NCBI RefSeq assembly: GCF_009914755.1
Contig: NC_060933.1
Direction: 5' to 3' (one strand)
Length of the DNA: 64,000 nt
DNA from: the human T2T-CHM13v2.0 reference genome, Homo sapiens
Shown piece after piece: positions 53,960 to 64,000 of this stretch (position 1 is its first letter; each line of letters opens with the position of its first letter). The notes under the pieces are model-generated. The model saw nothing but the letters and a program-made list of their open reading frames with translations. It was not told where the DNA came from and ran no database searches. The position numbers and the translations under genes were made by a program.

Positions 53960-55330
53960 TCTGTGGCACCAGGGCTCCTTGGAGAAATAGTTGATTCTAT
54001 GGTGCGGCCAGGAATATACACAATGAGCCTGGAGCACCTTGTAGTTCCAGAAAGTAAACACGCACAACAGACAGACAGACACACACACACGGAATATGAT
54101 GAAGATATGTCAAAGGGACATGAGTCAAAAGAAAGAGCTTCAAATGGCCCATACTGATATAAATAAATAATTGAATAAATAGATAAATGAGGAGAATGGA
54201 CACATCTTCCATGCAGAAGAATCCTGAACAATTTATGTAACTACTCTACCCTTGGAAGAGTGGAGCTCCCCTTAACTCTCAATTTGTTAAGTGTAGGCTG
54301 TACATAGCGACTTTCTTCCAAAAAGTACCATATAAAGATGGAAGAATAAGAGTAATGACAGTGGAGGTTCCTAACACTACCTTAGCCAGGTGACCAAGGT
54401 CAACATCAACAGTGATCAGCCATATTGCTAGTATGTACCCTTGACATGGTGTGATGAGAATGGCACTTTACCTCTGTGGTAAAGCTCCTATCTAGTCATG
54501 AGAAAAACATCAGATAAATTCCAGGTGAAGGACATTCTACAAAATATCCAACTAGTCTTCCTTAAAACTTTCAAAGTCATTAAAAACAAGGACAGTATGA
54601 GAAATTGTCACAGCCTAGAGGAGCCTGAGGACATGTGATAACTAAATGTAAGGTGATATCTTGCATGGGGTGCTGGGACAGAAAAAGGACATTACGTAAA
54701 AACTAAGGACATTTGAAAAAAGCATGGACTTTAGTTAATAGTAATGCGTCAACATTAGTTCTTTAATTGTGACAAATGTGCCAAACTAATGCTAATAATA
54801 GGGTGATATGGTTTGAATCTGTTTCCCCACCAAATCTCACATCGAATTTTAATCCCCAGTGTTGGAGGTAGGGCCTGGTGGGAGGTGATTGGATGGTGGG
54901 GGCTGTTTCTCATGAATGGTTTGGCACCATCCCCTTAGTGCTATTGCCGTGATACTGAGTGAGTGAGTTCTCACGAGATCTGGTTGTTTAAGAGTGTGTA
55001 GCGTCCCCCCCACCCCTTCTGCCTCCTGCTCCAGCCATGTGAGGTACCGGCTCCCCTTTCGCCTTCTGCTATGATTTTAAGTTTCCTGAGGCCTCCCCAG
55101 AAGCCAGGCAGATGCCACCATGCTTCCTGTGCAGCCTGCAGAACCGTGAGCCAATTAAACTTCTTTTCTTTGTAAATTACCCAGTCTTAGGCATCTCTTA
55201 AGAGCAATTCAAGAACGGACTAATACCCAGGGAAAACTGGGTGAGAGGTATATGGAAATTCTGTACTATCTTCACAACTGTTCAGGAAATCTCAAACCAT
55301 TCTAAAACTGAAAGTTTATTTAAACATTAA
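53960..55330 (+). mobile_element. L1MD-type 3' UTR interrupted by MSTA
   Basis: gggctccttggagaaat, gtcacagcctagaggagcct and atggactttagttaata motifs. Confidence 0.7.
54804..55227 (+). mobile_element. MSTA MaLR solo LTR
   Basis: tgatatggtttg...ggactaatac; TSD taggg/caggg. Confidence 0.88.
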
Positions 55331-55614
55331 AAAATGTTTGTGATAAATGCTAGCACCTGAAGATTCTGGCTGAGAAATTGTTACAGAGATGTGATATCTG
55401 ATATTGATAGCCTAGCCTTGTGATGTGAAACTTGTTTTTCCATAAATTAATCTACTTGCATGAAATATCTTGTTTTTTACATGGTGAATATACTTCTATA
55501 TAAATTCAGCAACAGCAGTTCTAAAAAAATCTGGTAGAAAAAAAGTCAAGAGGTAGTTGGAGTCCACAGGTGCAAAAAATACTATGCGATTTCATTTATT
55601 AAAAGTTCAAAGCA

Positions 55615-55928
55615 GGGCACAGTGGCTCATGCCTGTAATCCCAGCACTTTGGGAGGCCGAGGCAGGCAGATCACGAGGTCAGGAGTTCAAGACCATCTTG
55701 GCCAACATGGTGAAACCCCATCTCTACTAAAAATACGAAAAAATTAGCCGGGCGTGGTGGCAGGCGCCTGTAACCCCAGCTGTTCAAGAAGCTGAGGCAG
55801 GAGAATCGCTTGAGCCGGTGGGGGAGGGGGGGGGCGCGGAGGTTGCAGTGAGCTGAGATCTTGCCACTGCACTCCAGCCTGGAAGACAGAGTGAGACCCC
55901 ATCACCAAAAAAAAAAAAAAAAAAAAAA
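55615..55928 (+). mobile_element. AluS (Sg-like) with a G-run expansion
   Basis: Dimer; TSD ttcaaagca. Confidence 0.92.
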
Positions 55929-56176
55929 ATTCAAAGCATATACTTAAGGTGAAACTAATCTAGAATATTAGAGGTTGAAACGGTGATTATCTTTGGAAGG
56001 TATGACTGGGAGAGCCACTAAGGCTGCTTCAGGGAGATACTGCTCTTTGTCTTGGACTAAGTGGTAGTTCATTTTGTAAAAATTTATTGGGCTGTAAGCT
56101 TACGATTTGTTCACTTTTCCATATGTGTATTATACTTCGAAAAGAAAGTTTATTAAAGAAAACAAATGTGCTTTTT

Positions 56177-56520
<344 letters not shown>

Positions 56521-56619
56521 TTAAATATGGTCTGCAAATGGGTTTTGGATAGTAAACACTTTTCACAGTTGAGGACCTCGCAGTGCTGTGTTGCTATTAG
56601 AAAAGTATGTTGTCCGTTT

Positions 56620-57560
56620 ATTCCCTCGTTCCACAAGTATTTATTAAACACCCAGGACTGGCACCAGGAAAGGATTGGCCTGTCTCTAAAACAATAGATT
56701 ATATGGGAAATAGACCTACTAACTGAAAACTGTAATATGTTAGACAGTGTTATAATACATATGTGTGAAGATGCAGGGGGATTCTAGAAATGTGCTTCAG
56801 TTTCTTGGGGAATATCAGAGAAGGCTTCTCAGTAAAGAGGGGCACTAGAGTTAATACATGAAAAACAAAGAGTACATATTTGGCCAAAAGGAAGTGGGTG
56901 TGGGTACAGGGGGACAAGAAGGGATGAGGAGGGAATTGCAGACAGAGGTCATGGCTAGAGAAAGGTGGCAGAGGCAGGGTACCTTTTGGAAAGTTCCTGA
57001 AGTTTGGGAGAGTGGCAGGGAGTAGGGGGAGCTGAGGTCATAGATGAAGGTAAGAGCCACATTGTGAAAGGCCGTGAAGAAAAAAAGACTTTATCCAGGA
57101 GGTGATGAGCTTTAGGAAGTCGAGTAACCCGACAGAACTATGATTAGAAAGATAACTCAAAGGTGGTGTAGAGGAATACTTGAAGGGAACAGGGCTGGAA
57201 GTAGGAAGAACAGCAAGGATGCTACCATAAGAGTACAAGAGAGATGGCGGCAGCATAGACAAAGCAGCAGACAGATGTTTGAGCCTGAGACTGGTCAGGT
57301 CTCAGTGACTAATTAGATGGGGAGGGGCCCAGTGGGTGCCTATGATTACATCAATGGTACCATGAATAATGACAGAGAACACTGAAGGAAAACTGGGAAT
57401 GGGAAGGAAGAAGAGTTCCATTTGGAATATGTTAACTTCGGAACATCCAGGTGGGGACATCTAGCAGGTAGTTGGACATAATGGGAATGAAGCCCAGTAG
57501 GATGATCTGGAGCTATGAGAGTTCTCTTGGTAGATACAAAGGGAGGTCTGAGTTTACTAA
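56620..57560 (-). mobile_element. L2 LINE fragments
   Basis: aagtatttattaaacacc, tcagagaaggcttctcag and gacatctagcaggtagttggacat motifs. Confidence 0.6.
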
Positions 57561-59007
57561 CGAAGAGTAAGTGTAGTGAGAAGATCATTGCAGACAAGGC
57601 TGTGTAGAATAAAGTGCTGAAGAGTTGGAGCTGTCAGAGGGTAGCTCAAGTGCTTCACCATCCATGGGTCCAACTCCATAAGAAGGACAACCGGGTCAAC
57701 TCGGGTATGTAGAGTGGCCAAGGGACTGTAGGTCCTAGTGTGGTGGAATTATGAGATTCAGAGTAGTGAGGAAGTGAGAAAACCAAGAGGATGTGAGTCT
57801 GTGATGAGACAGCATGTAAACCAAGTTTAAGATTTCAGGCTGAGCCAGTTCTGACTTATAAATAGAATGGGGCATATAAATTCCATGAGGACATGAGCAT
57901 TCTGCTTTCATATCCCCAGTAGGTAGGATAGAGTATGACATATGGTAGATGCTCAATAAATATTTGATCAGTGAATGAATAAATGAATGACGTATTGCTG
58001 AAGTAGACTGAATTGAAAGTTAATAAAATGGATGAGGTCAAGGAAATCTTTGGAAATTCTTAGAAAACTTCAATAGGTGACTTTGATTTGTGTTTAGGAA
58101 TACATATTTCACATCTTCCCTTGTGGAAAGCAAATTAATAGGTATACTCAGGAGATTACTATTGCATGGGATATGATCATATTCAGGAAACATCTTTCAC
58201 TACTTCCCACCTTAGAGAAAATGAATTTACATAATATGTAAATGTCTATATTACATTCTAATTAACAATATTCTATTTTGAGGATTTTACCAGACTACCA
58301 CTTGAAAATGTTTCATGTGAGATTATGTAATATCACCTATGATGTAGTCTAGCTAAACGTTTAACTTGAATACCTTGAGCTGTTAGTTCTTGTAGTTTAT
58401 AGGAAACACAAAGGATATAACAGTAAACTAAATGGTACCACAAGGAAACAGCCAGACAGATTGAGAAGATGGGACATTATGTAGGACAATTGGCCAGTTT
58501 ATTTAACAAGTCAGTGAGGTTTAGAAGGACAAAAAGGAATTCTGCTAGATTAGAAGAGGAAGCCTGGATCACATTGTTGTTTGGAGAAAGCAATTGTAAA
58601 AGAATTCTGTGACTATTGAAGTTATTAGACTATGGACTAGGTATGAGAAAAATGAAAATTTACTGATGTGGAAAGATGTAGATCATCAGTGAGTAAAGCA
58701 GAATATAAAACATTATGTGCAATAGAATTTTGACAAAAATATCATTTATGTTTATAAACATATAAAAAAGACCTGAAAGGATGTGTAATAAGCTTTTAAA
58801 GGGCTACTGTCTGGTTTGTGGGAACATGATATTTTCATTTTCTTATTCTTGTTTATCTGTATTTTCTAGCTTCTACAATGCCTTTGTATTTCTTTGAAAT
58901 ATTAAAAGGTTTTTTTTGTTTAAAAAATTAAAACGAAAAGAAACTGGAAATGACGTTTAGAAAGAATACATTTATTCTAAACACTACAAGAGAATGAAAT
59001 AACTTCC

Positions 59008-59443
59008 TGTTTTAGTTTGCTACAGCTACTGTAACAAAGTGCCACAAACCAAGCAGCTTAAACAACAGAAATTTGTCTCACAGTTCTGGAGGCCAGAAGT
59101 TTGAGATCTAGCTGTCAGCAGGTTTTTCTGCTGAGGGTGTGAGGAAGACTCTGTTCCATGCCTCTCTTGAGCTTTGGTGGTGTGTGGCATCACCCGGATC
59201 TCTGCCTTCCTCATCACATGGCGTTCTCCCTGTGCGCGTGTCCGTGCCCAAATTCCCCCTTGTTATAAGGACACCAGTCACATTGGATTAGGGATCCTCC
59301 CCACTTCTGTATGACCTCGTCTTAACCAGTTACATCTCCAAGACCCTATTTCCAAATAAGGCCACATTTCGAGGCATTGGGGGTTAGGACTTCAACATAT
59401 GACTTTTAGAGGGGACATAGGGGACACAATTCAACTCATAAGA
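59008..59443 (-). mobile_element. MLT1B/C-like MaLR LTR
   Basis: gcttaaacaacagaaattt...tataaggacaccagtca; TSD cttcc/gttcc. Confidence 0.82.
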
Positions 59444-59556
59444 GTTCCCAAGAGATGAGTCCTCATGATTTAAAAGTGTATAAACTTCCCTACACAAGGG
59501 AATGAAGCCTACAGTCCATAAGCTGCTTTCTCTCTCTCATAATCAACACGAAATGC

Positions 59557-59910
59557 TTTTTTTTTTTTGAAGACAGGGATCTTGCTGATTGCCCAGGCTG
59601 GATTGCAGGGGTGTGATATTGGCTCACTGTAACCTCTGCCTCCTGGGCTCAAGTGATCCCTCCACTTAAACCTCCCTAGTAGCTGGGACCACAGGCGTGC
59701 ACCACCACGCCCGGCTAATTTTTGTATTTTAGTGGAGACGGGGTTTCACAGTGTTGGCCAGGTTGGTCTCGAACTCCTGGCCTCAGGTGATCTGCTTGCC
59801 TTGGCCTCTCAAAGTGCTGGGATTACAGGCGTCAGCCACCTCGCCCAGGCATAATTTTTTACTTTTTGTAGAGATGGGGTTCCGCCATCTTGCCTAGGCT
59901 GGTCTCAACC
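59557..59910 (-). mobile_element. Composite Alu (partial left arm + left arm + right arm)
   Basis: Extra left-arm segment at 59851-59908; flanking aaatgct repeats. Confidence 0.85.
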
Positions 59911-61479
59911 AAAATGCTATTCTTAATGGACTTTTCTCTTGACCTGTAAGCAGTGCACAATGAAGAACTAATAAAAATATCCTCACTTTAAGAAATAACT
60001 AAGCTGTAGTAACACCTTCAGAGATCTGTATGTTTTATTTGAATTTGAACTCAGATAACCACAGGCTAAAACATTTAATAAAACTGCTACCACTTCTGAT
60101 GAAATAAATAGAGAAGGGTAAAGAAAAATATCTCTTACTGAGAAAAAGCTTTTGGAGAATTAGTGTTGGTCTCATAAACAGTTTTTACTTATGTAAGACC
60201 CAGAAATGAGGATTCTGTATCAAAATACAAGTTTTCTCTTTCTAGATGCAGCAAACAGTGCCACGGAATAAACTGTGGTCTGGTTAATGTTTAAATCTGG
60301 CTCCCTCTACTGGAGGATGTGAGTTTTCTCCTTTCTTTTTAACTGGAGGTCCAAAAAGCATACACTGTACAGGATAGGGGTTCACAGCTCAGGGGTTTCC
60401 ATTCTTCACTACATATATAGACATTGCCTCATTGACTGGCTTGTGGTTTGTAATAAGAAAAAATGTGTAAATCTCACTGTTGATAAGTCAGCCACCACAT
60501 CCCTGCTACCTTCTACTTCAGAGATAAAATTTAACTCAGATCTTAAGACAAATAAGAACATGAACTTGACATTCAATCTTCCCCATGTTGGGACATAGAC
60601 TGCTGATCTGAATTTAGGCTTTTAGAGCTAGAATAAATCCCGAGAGATCCTACAATCCAATTCTTCATTTTCCTGATGAGAAAATATATGTGCAGAGAGA
60701 GGAAGTGATTTCCTCAAATTATGCAATGTCGAGATCTTCAATGTGAATATAATCACAAATTGCACACGATGTACTTCTCTAACGTTTTATAGCATTTAGG
60801 GCATCAACTCAAGTTAATAAATATTTCTAGATTGCCTACTGTGTGTCAGACACGAAGAGATATACAAAGATGTGTGAGATGTGATTTTTGCTCCTTCAAG
60901 AGCTTATTGTTAATTAAATTATATGAAGGATAATTCCAGGTGCTGCCAGGTCTGCAACTCCAAATGGCCAATTAAATGATATTTCCCACATTAATAAGTA
61001 CTGATTCTTGACAGATGATTGATCATTTCTTTGCACAGCCAATCTTCTTGATTAGGTCTTGGTGCCAATAGAGCTGCTTTGGGGTTTGATTGTTTTTCTG
61101 AACTGGAAATTGGTGACTTTGAATGGAGTTGGGGAGTGATATGTGTGTTGGGGTAGAGTTTCAAATTTTTGTTTTTATTGCTCCTGTATAAATGACTTTG
61201 GATCATTCCTGGTAAATGACTTAAAGTTGCTTTTGAATAGAAATGTCCAAACACATCTGAGTATCTGGTTCTATTTTTGTTGGTCCAGCTGTCCCAGCCT
61301 TAAACCCATCTCGCAGTGCTAAGATGCCCACGCAAATCTTTTGCGATCAACTCGGTGCATTACTTTTATCTGCCCACGGTAGTAACACGATCCTTATATG
61401 CCTGTATGTGAATACGGACAACTAGTAAGGATAGAGAGAGAAAGAGAGAGAGAGGGGGAGACCCTAAAGCCATTGTGAC

Positions 61480-61680
61480 TTTATTGTTTGAACCACTCTA
61501 TGCTTATTCAGCTCTGCCGTTTGCCAGCTGTGTCACCTTGAGAAAGTTACTTAACCTCTTTGTGCCTCACATACCTCATAGGTAGTTGTGATGATTAATG
61601 TATTAATATACATGAAGCATTTAGAACAGATTCTAGTACATAATAAGCATGTATATGACTTCATTGACATTATTACTTGA
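61480..61680 (+). mobile_element. MIR SINE
   Basis: agctgtgtcaccttgagaaagttacttaacctctttgtgcctca. Confidence 0.8.
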
Positions 61681-62113
61681 TTTGTACGTGCAAGGAAAAC
61701 TAATATGGTGTTTATAAATTCAAAAAAGTTTCAAAAGGTGATTTACAAAATGGGAGCCATCTAGATTAATACTATTTCATGCTGGCTCTGGACACAGATG
61801 CAGGGGGAGTTATTCTCTGGGGAAAGTGAGCCTTTTCAGTAACCACAGGCAGCAGGGTGAGAAATCTTAGTTCTAAACCAATGAAGTAAATGCTGGGATC
61901 CCCTACTGTTCTCATATATTCTGCATAGAAGATATGAAAGTATTATGGAAATGATTTTAAGTACATGAAGAGAGAGAAAAGAATCCTAGTGTTGAAAGTC
62001 TAAGAATATGTATTTGAGCACACTGCATTTCTCTTCCTCCTGAAACATCTTTAGAAATCATAGCCTTTTTAAATTTAAAATTCATTGGTGATTCTTAGAT
62101 TTTAGCATCAAAG

Positions 62114-62861
62114 TGAGGACTAAGCTCTGATTTTTCTCTTGCCCAAATTCCTACCTAAGGGGTCTAGGGAGTCATGCCCTATGAACCATAAATTCTTGTC
62201 AGATGGGTTTTATTTGACCCTATATATTGTGACTGACTTTTCAGTCTGACTTTGGCATAACGTTATGAGACGAGGAAAAATATTTAACCCCAAAATACAT
62301 TTCCTTGCCATATCTTGAAGTTGCCCTGCAAAGTCTCTTGTGGGGAAAAATCCACATTCTCTGGAGAATCCCCTTCCCCCTTTGTTTTCCTCCCTTCTTT
62401 CCAGATCCAGGAGATAATTAACTAAGAGGCTGGCACCCTTTTAAGTCCCATAAGAAACATTTTACAACCTACTGTCTCTCTAAAGTCTGCTGAGAAATTC
62501 CTCTGCACACTAAAACTTGGTCCCCACAATCCTTTATCTTAACCTGAACATTCCTTTCCATTAATCCCAGGTCTTCAGATAAACTCCACCAATTGTCAAC
62601 CACAAAATGTTCAAATTTACCTATAGCCTGGAATCCCCCGCTTTGAGTTGTCCCACCTTTCTGAACCAAACCAATGTCGTGCTTAAATGTATTTGATTGA
62701 TGTCTCATGCCTCTCTAAAATATATAAAACCAAGCTGTATCCTAACCACCTTGGGCACATGTTCTCAGGACCTCCTGAGGGCTGTGTCACAGGACATGGT
62801 CACTCATATTTGGCTTAGAATAAATCTCTTCAAATATTTTACAGAGTTTACTCTATCAATA
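62114..62861 (+). mobile_element. MER4-family (MER4D/E-like, ERV1) solo LTR
   Basis: tgaggactaagctctgatttt...aataaatctcttcaaatattttacagagttt; 4-bp TSD aaag. Confidence 0.82.
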
Positions 62862-63653
62862 AAAGAAAAGGTACAATTGCAACAAAAGAATTCTGTGTTC
62901 TTAATATTCCTGATTAAGCAGCTGCTCTGCTCAGCACCTCTCGGAAGATTTTGTACAATATGAAATACCTTCCAGAGCTGAGCATCATTCTGAGCTTCAG
63001 CATTACCTCATTTTCATCAAAATAGATGTAAACGTGATTATTTTAAATGACTAGAGCATTTCCAAGCATTTAGCTTTTAAAACTCAGATGAGACTTAATC
63101 AACTGTTTTCCCATTTTATATCACCAACGTCTCTTATTCTGCATAGCTCAGAAGTCAAGCTGAGCTTGAATTAAAATCCAGTTTTCCAGGCTGTTACTGA
63201 AAGATAAAAAGACTAATTGGTTTACAGCTTCTTCAAAGCCTGTATACCATAGGTTGAGTTTCTGATGTTTAATCATTTATGTTACTGTATAGTGTCTATC
63301 CTATTACTGACAAACCCAAACCTTCTATGGGTTGTTTTCTCTTAGTGCCTGTGATCTCACCACAGCAAATCACCATTTCACCATAAGCATCTTTTTATTA
63401 TTAGTTGGAGATCCCATACTATGCCACTAGTTGCTGCAAATCCGTTAGGCATTAATGACATATACTCCATAGCCATTCTGCTGTGAGTTAGCAATGAATA
63501 AATCCATTAAAATGAAGGGTTGCTGAACTTCCTGCATTACTGTGTGAGGAGCTCTGCCAGCTTGCTCCACAGAGAAACTGGTGAAAATTATTAAAAGCAA
63601 ACTAACTCAAAGCCTCTGGAAATGATCCTAAAGGCATACAGCAAATGAAGAAA

Positions 63654-63938
63654 TAATCCCAGCACTTTGGGAAGCCGAGGCGGGTGGATCATGAGGTCAG
63701 GAGATCGAGAGCATCCTGGCTAACTTGGTGAAACCCCATCACTACTAAAAATACAAAAAAATTAGCCAGGCGTGGTGGAGGGCGCCTGTAGTGCCAGCTA
63801 CTCAGGAGGCTGAGGCAGGAAAATGGCATGAATCCGGGAGGCAGAGGTTGCAGTGAGCCGAGATTGTGCCCCTGCGCTCCAGCCTGGGCGACAGAGCGAG
63901 ACTCTGTCTAAAAATAAATAAATAAATAAATAAATAAA
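63654..63938 (+). mobile_element. 5'-truncated AluY-like element with a (TAAA)n tail
   Basis: ggagatcgaga, ggctaac and atggcatgaa diagnostics. Confidence 0.9.
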
Positions 63939-63940
63939 GA

Positions 63941-64000
63941 GGCTGGGTGCGGTGGCTCATGCCTGTAATCCCAACACTTTGGGAGGCCAAGGCAGGCAGA
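63941..64000 (+). mobile_element. Alu 5' end, truncated by the window edge
   Basis: ggctgggtgcggtggctcatgcctgtaatccc. Confidence 0.9.

Overview
This is primate DNA, almost certainly human, and it is repeat-rich. The only protein-coding sequence I can support is the last two coding exons of CFAP95 (C9orf135), a motile-cilia microtubule inner protein, on the + strand. These are a 58-nt exon at 27497-27554 and the terminal exon CDS at 46621-46803, followed by a short 3' UTR with AATAAA at 46873. The supplied ORF track misses both exons; nearly all its ORFs are chance ORFs or Alu/L1/LTR remnants. Positions 1-27496 and 27555-46620 are intronic and about 46900-64000 is 3' flanking sequence. The rest is largely nested transposable elements (Alu, L1, L2, MIR, MaLR/ERVL/ERV1 solo LTRs, Tigger/hAT/mariner elements) and a 7SL-derived retrocopy. 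Repeat subfamily names come from recalled consensus sequences, not a database search, and boundaries of old repeats are approximate. I found no evidence of a new multi-gene biological system. The most unusual items are structural: a 7SL/Alu-monomer chimera, an LTR with an internal micro-inversion, tandem hairpins sharing one core, a twin-primed L1, an LTR47 inside an Alu monomer and a close inverted Alu pair.
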